Assembly: GCA_016188785.1 (NCBI GenBank)
Contig: JACPHD010000017.1
Coordinates: 1 to 57,715 of the forward strand
Direction: 5' to 3'
Length of the DNA: 57,715 bases
From: Parcubacteria group bacterium
GTDB lineage: Bacteria > Patescibacteriota > Patescibacteriia > Patescibacteriales > GWC2-42-12
Shown here: piece by piece, positions 56,108 through 57,715 of the stretch
Position numbering within the stretch: position 1 is the first letter of the stretch
Layout of the letters: each line of letters starts with the position of its first letter
Notes under the pieces: model-generated
The model's database searches: none
What the model was told of the DNA's origin: nothing
What the model saw: the letters and a program-made list of their open reading frames with translations, nothing else
Made by a program: the position numbers and the translations under genes

Positions 56108-57715
56108 ATGAATCAGTCTGATGAAATAAAAGCAAAATTAGATATTGTTGATGTCATCCGCGAGTACATCCAGCTTAAAGCGGCTGGTTTGAATTTTCGC
56201 GCTAATTGCCCGTTCCATCGGGAAAAAACTCCGTCGTTTATGGTTAGTCCGGAAAAACAGATTTGGCATTGCTTTGGCTGCGGCAAAGGCGGCGACGCGT
56301 TTTCTTTTGTCATGGAAATTGAAGGCTTGAGTTTTGTTGAGGCTTTGCGCCTGCTCGCCAAAAAGGCCGGCGTGGTTTTAAAAAAAGTCAATCCAGCCCT
56401 AACTTCAAAACGAAACGCGCTGTTGGATATTTTGGAATTGTCAGCTAAATATTATCATAAAGTTTTAACCGGCAGTCCGGCGGCTCGGGCCGCGCGCCAG
56501 TATTTGCGCGAGCGAGACTTAACCGATGACACTATAGAAAAATGGCAAATCGGCTATAGCCCGGATACCTGGGACAGCCTAGCTAATTTTTTAATCAGCC
56601 GAGGGTTCGCGGAAAATGAGATTTTTTTAGCTGGCTTAACTGTTAAAAAAGAAAAGACCTCGGGTTTTTACGACCGCTTCCGGGGCCGCATTATGTTTCC
56701 CCTTCATGACATTAACGGCAGTGTGGCCGGTTTTACCGCGCGGGTTATGCCGGAAAAAGAAGCGAAAGAAAAAATGGGTAAATATATCAACACGCCGGCC
56801 ACTATGGTTTATGATAAGTCAAAAATTTTATTCGGTCTGGATAAAGCCAAAATGGCGATTAAAGCCGAAGACGCGGCCGTTTTAGTGGAGGGCCAGATGG
56901 ACGCGATTATGGCCGAGCAAAACGGTTTTAATAATGTAATCGCTTCGTCCGGCACGGCCTTAACCGCGGAACAGGTAAATTTAATCAAGCGCTATTCTAA
57001 TAATTTATTTTTGTCTTTTGATATGGATAAAGCCGGCGACTTGGCGGCTGAGCGCGGCATCGCCCAGGCCATGCAGGCGGAAATGAATATAAAAGTTATT
57101 GAAATTAACGGCGCTAAAGATCCGGACCAGTGTATTAAGGCTAATCCGGATAACTGGCGCCAAGCCGTAGCCAGCGCCAAGCCCATGATGCAATATTATT
57201 TTAATAAGACTTTTGCCAGGCTGGATTTAAAAGATTATGAAGGTCAAAATCAGGCGGAAAAAATATTACTGCCGCTAATCGCTAAATTCGGTTCAAAAAC
57301 CGAACAGGATTATTGGCTTAAAAAATTAAGTCAGGCCATTGACGCCCAGGAAAATTCTTTAAGAGAAAGATTGAATGAAATTGTTAAAAAACAAAATCAG
57401 GTTAATTCTTCGGCCAAATTTTTAAATGAAGCGCCTAAAGAATTGAGCCGGTTAAAGCCCGGCCGGGAGCAAATGCTGTCAGAATTGCTCTTGGCTTTGG
57501 CGCTAAGATTTCCCGCGCATTTGGAGTACATAATCAATCATATCGGGCCGGATGATTTGGCCGGCCAAGCCAATCGTCTGCTTTACAAAAATTTAATTAT
57601 TTATTATAATAAGCTCATAGATTTATGGACTCGTCAAGGGGGCAATTTTGAATTGGCCATAAATTATCTTAATTTAAAAGAATGGTTAAGCAATCCGGAA
57701 ACCGACGGCCTGCCC
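56108..57715 (+). CDS. dnaG: DNA primase, runs off the window end (absent from the ORF track)
   Basis: hand translation MNQSDEIKAKLDIVDVI...CPFHREKTPSF...WHCFGCGKGGD (Zn finger); YDRFRGRIMFP; TOPRIM LVEGQMD. Confidence 0.97.
   Translation, partial: MNQSDEIKAKLDIVDVIREYIQLKAAGLNFRANCPFHREKTPSFMVSPEKQIWHCFGCGKGGDAFSFVMEIEGLSFVEALRLLAKKAGVVLKKVNPALTSKRNALLDILELSAKYYHKVLTGSPAARAARQYLRERDLTDDTIEKWQIGYSPDTWDSLANFLISRGFAENEIFLAGLTVKKEKTSGFYDRFRGRIMFPLHDINGSVAGFTARVMPEKEAKEKMGKYINTPATMVYDKSKILFGLDKAKMAIKAEDAAVLVEGQMDAIMAEQNGFNNVIASSGTALTAEQVNLIKRYSNNLFLSFDMDKAGDLAAERGIAQAMQAEMNIKVIEINGAKDPDQCIKANPDNWRQAVASAKPMMQYYFNKTFARLDLKDYEGQNQAEKILLPLIAKFGSKTEQDYWLKKLSQAIDAQENSLRERLNEIVKKQNQVNSSAKFLNEAPKELSRLKPGREQMLSELLLALALRFPAHLEYIINHIGPDDLAGQANRLLYKNLIIYYNKLIDLWTRQGGNFELAINYLNLKEWLSNPETDGLP

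Overview
This is an AT-rich bacterial chromosome segment, most likely from Patescibacteria/CPR (Parcubacteria-like). The assignment is inferred from the missing rpmD (L30) between rpsE and rplO, the scarcity of Shine-Dalgarno sites and several CPR-type DUF proteins. Bases 1-21 kb hold the str/S10/spc ribosomal superoperon (rpsL to secY), interrupted by a GxxExxY nuclease gene, a HEPN-MNT module and a secreted CARDB protein. The rest holds a PilB-like ATPase, rsmA, adk, map, ruvX/yqgF, recO, aspS, a deleted pyrF with pyrE, a second MNT-HEPN module, a ~1,900-aa mosaic surface protein, minor pilins, ligA, gatC/gatA, maf, tRNA-Ser, a DedA-PAP2-LssY fusion, an ECF sigma/anti-sigma/CHRD unit and the 5' part of dnaG. 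The most striking signal is a set of small palindromic elements. (1) The GxxExxY gene sits in the loop of a 35-bp inverted repeat, and empty copies of that repeat plus heptamer hairpins occupy many gene junctions. (2) A CCCCG...CGGGG element with 4-bp TNAA duplications inserts into start codons or in frame and writes new 'SNGV' N-termini. (3) Heptamer and palindrome sequences are inserted in frame into essential proteins (L3, L18, S5, RsmA, YqgF, AspRS, LigA). (4) REP-like GTCATT...AATGAC elements are nested inside one another. Three apparent deletions (rplD start, rplB, pyrF) may be assembly artefacts. All family assignments come from motif recognition by eye; no searches were run.
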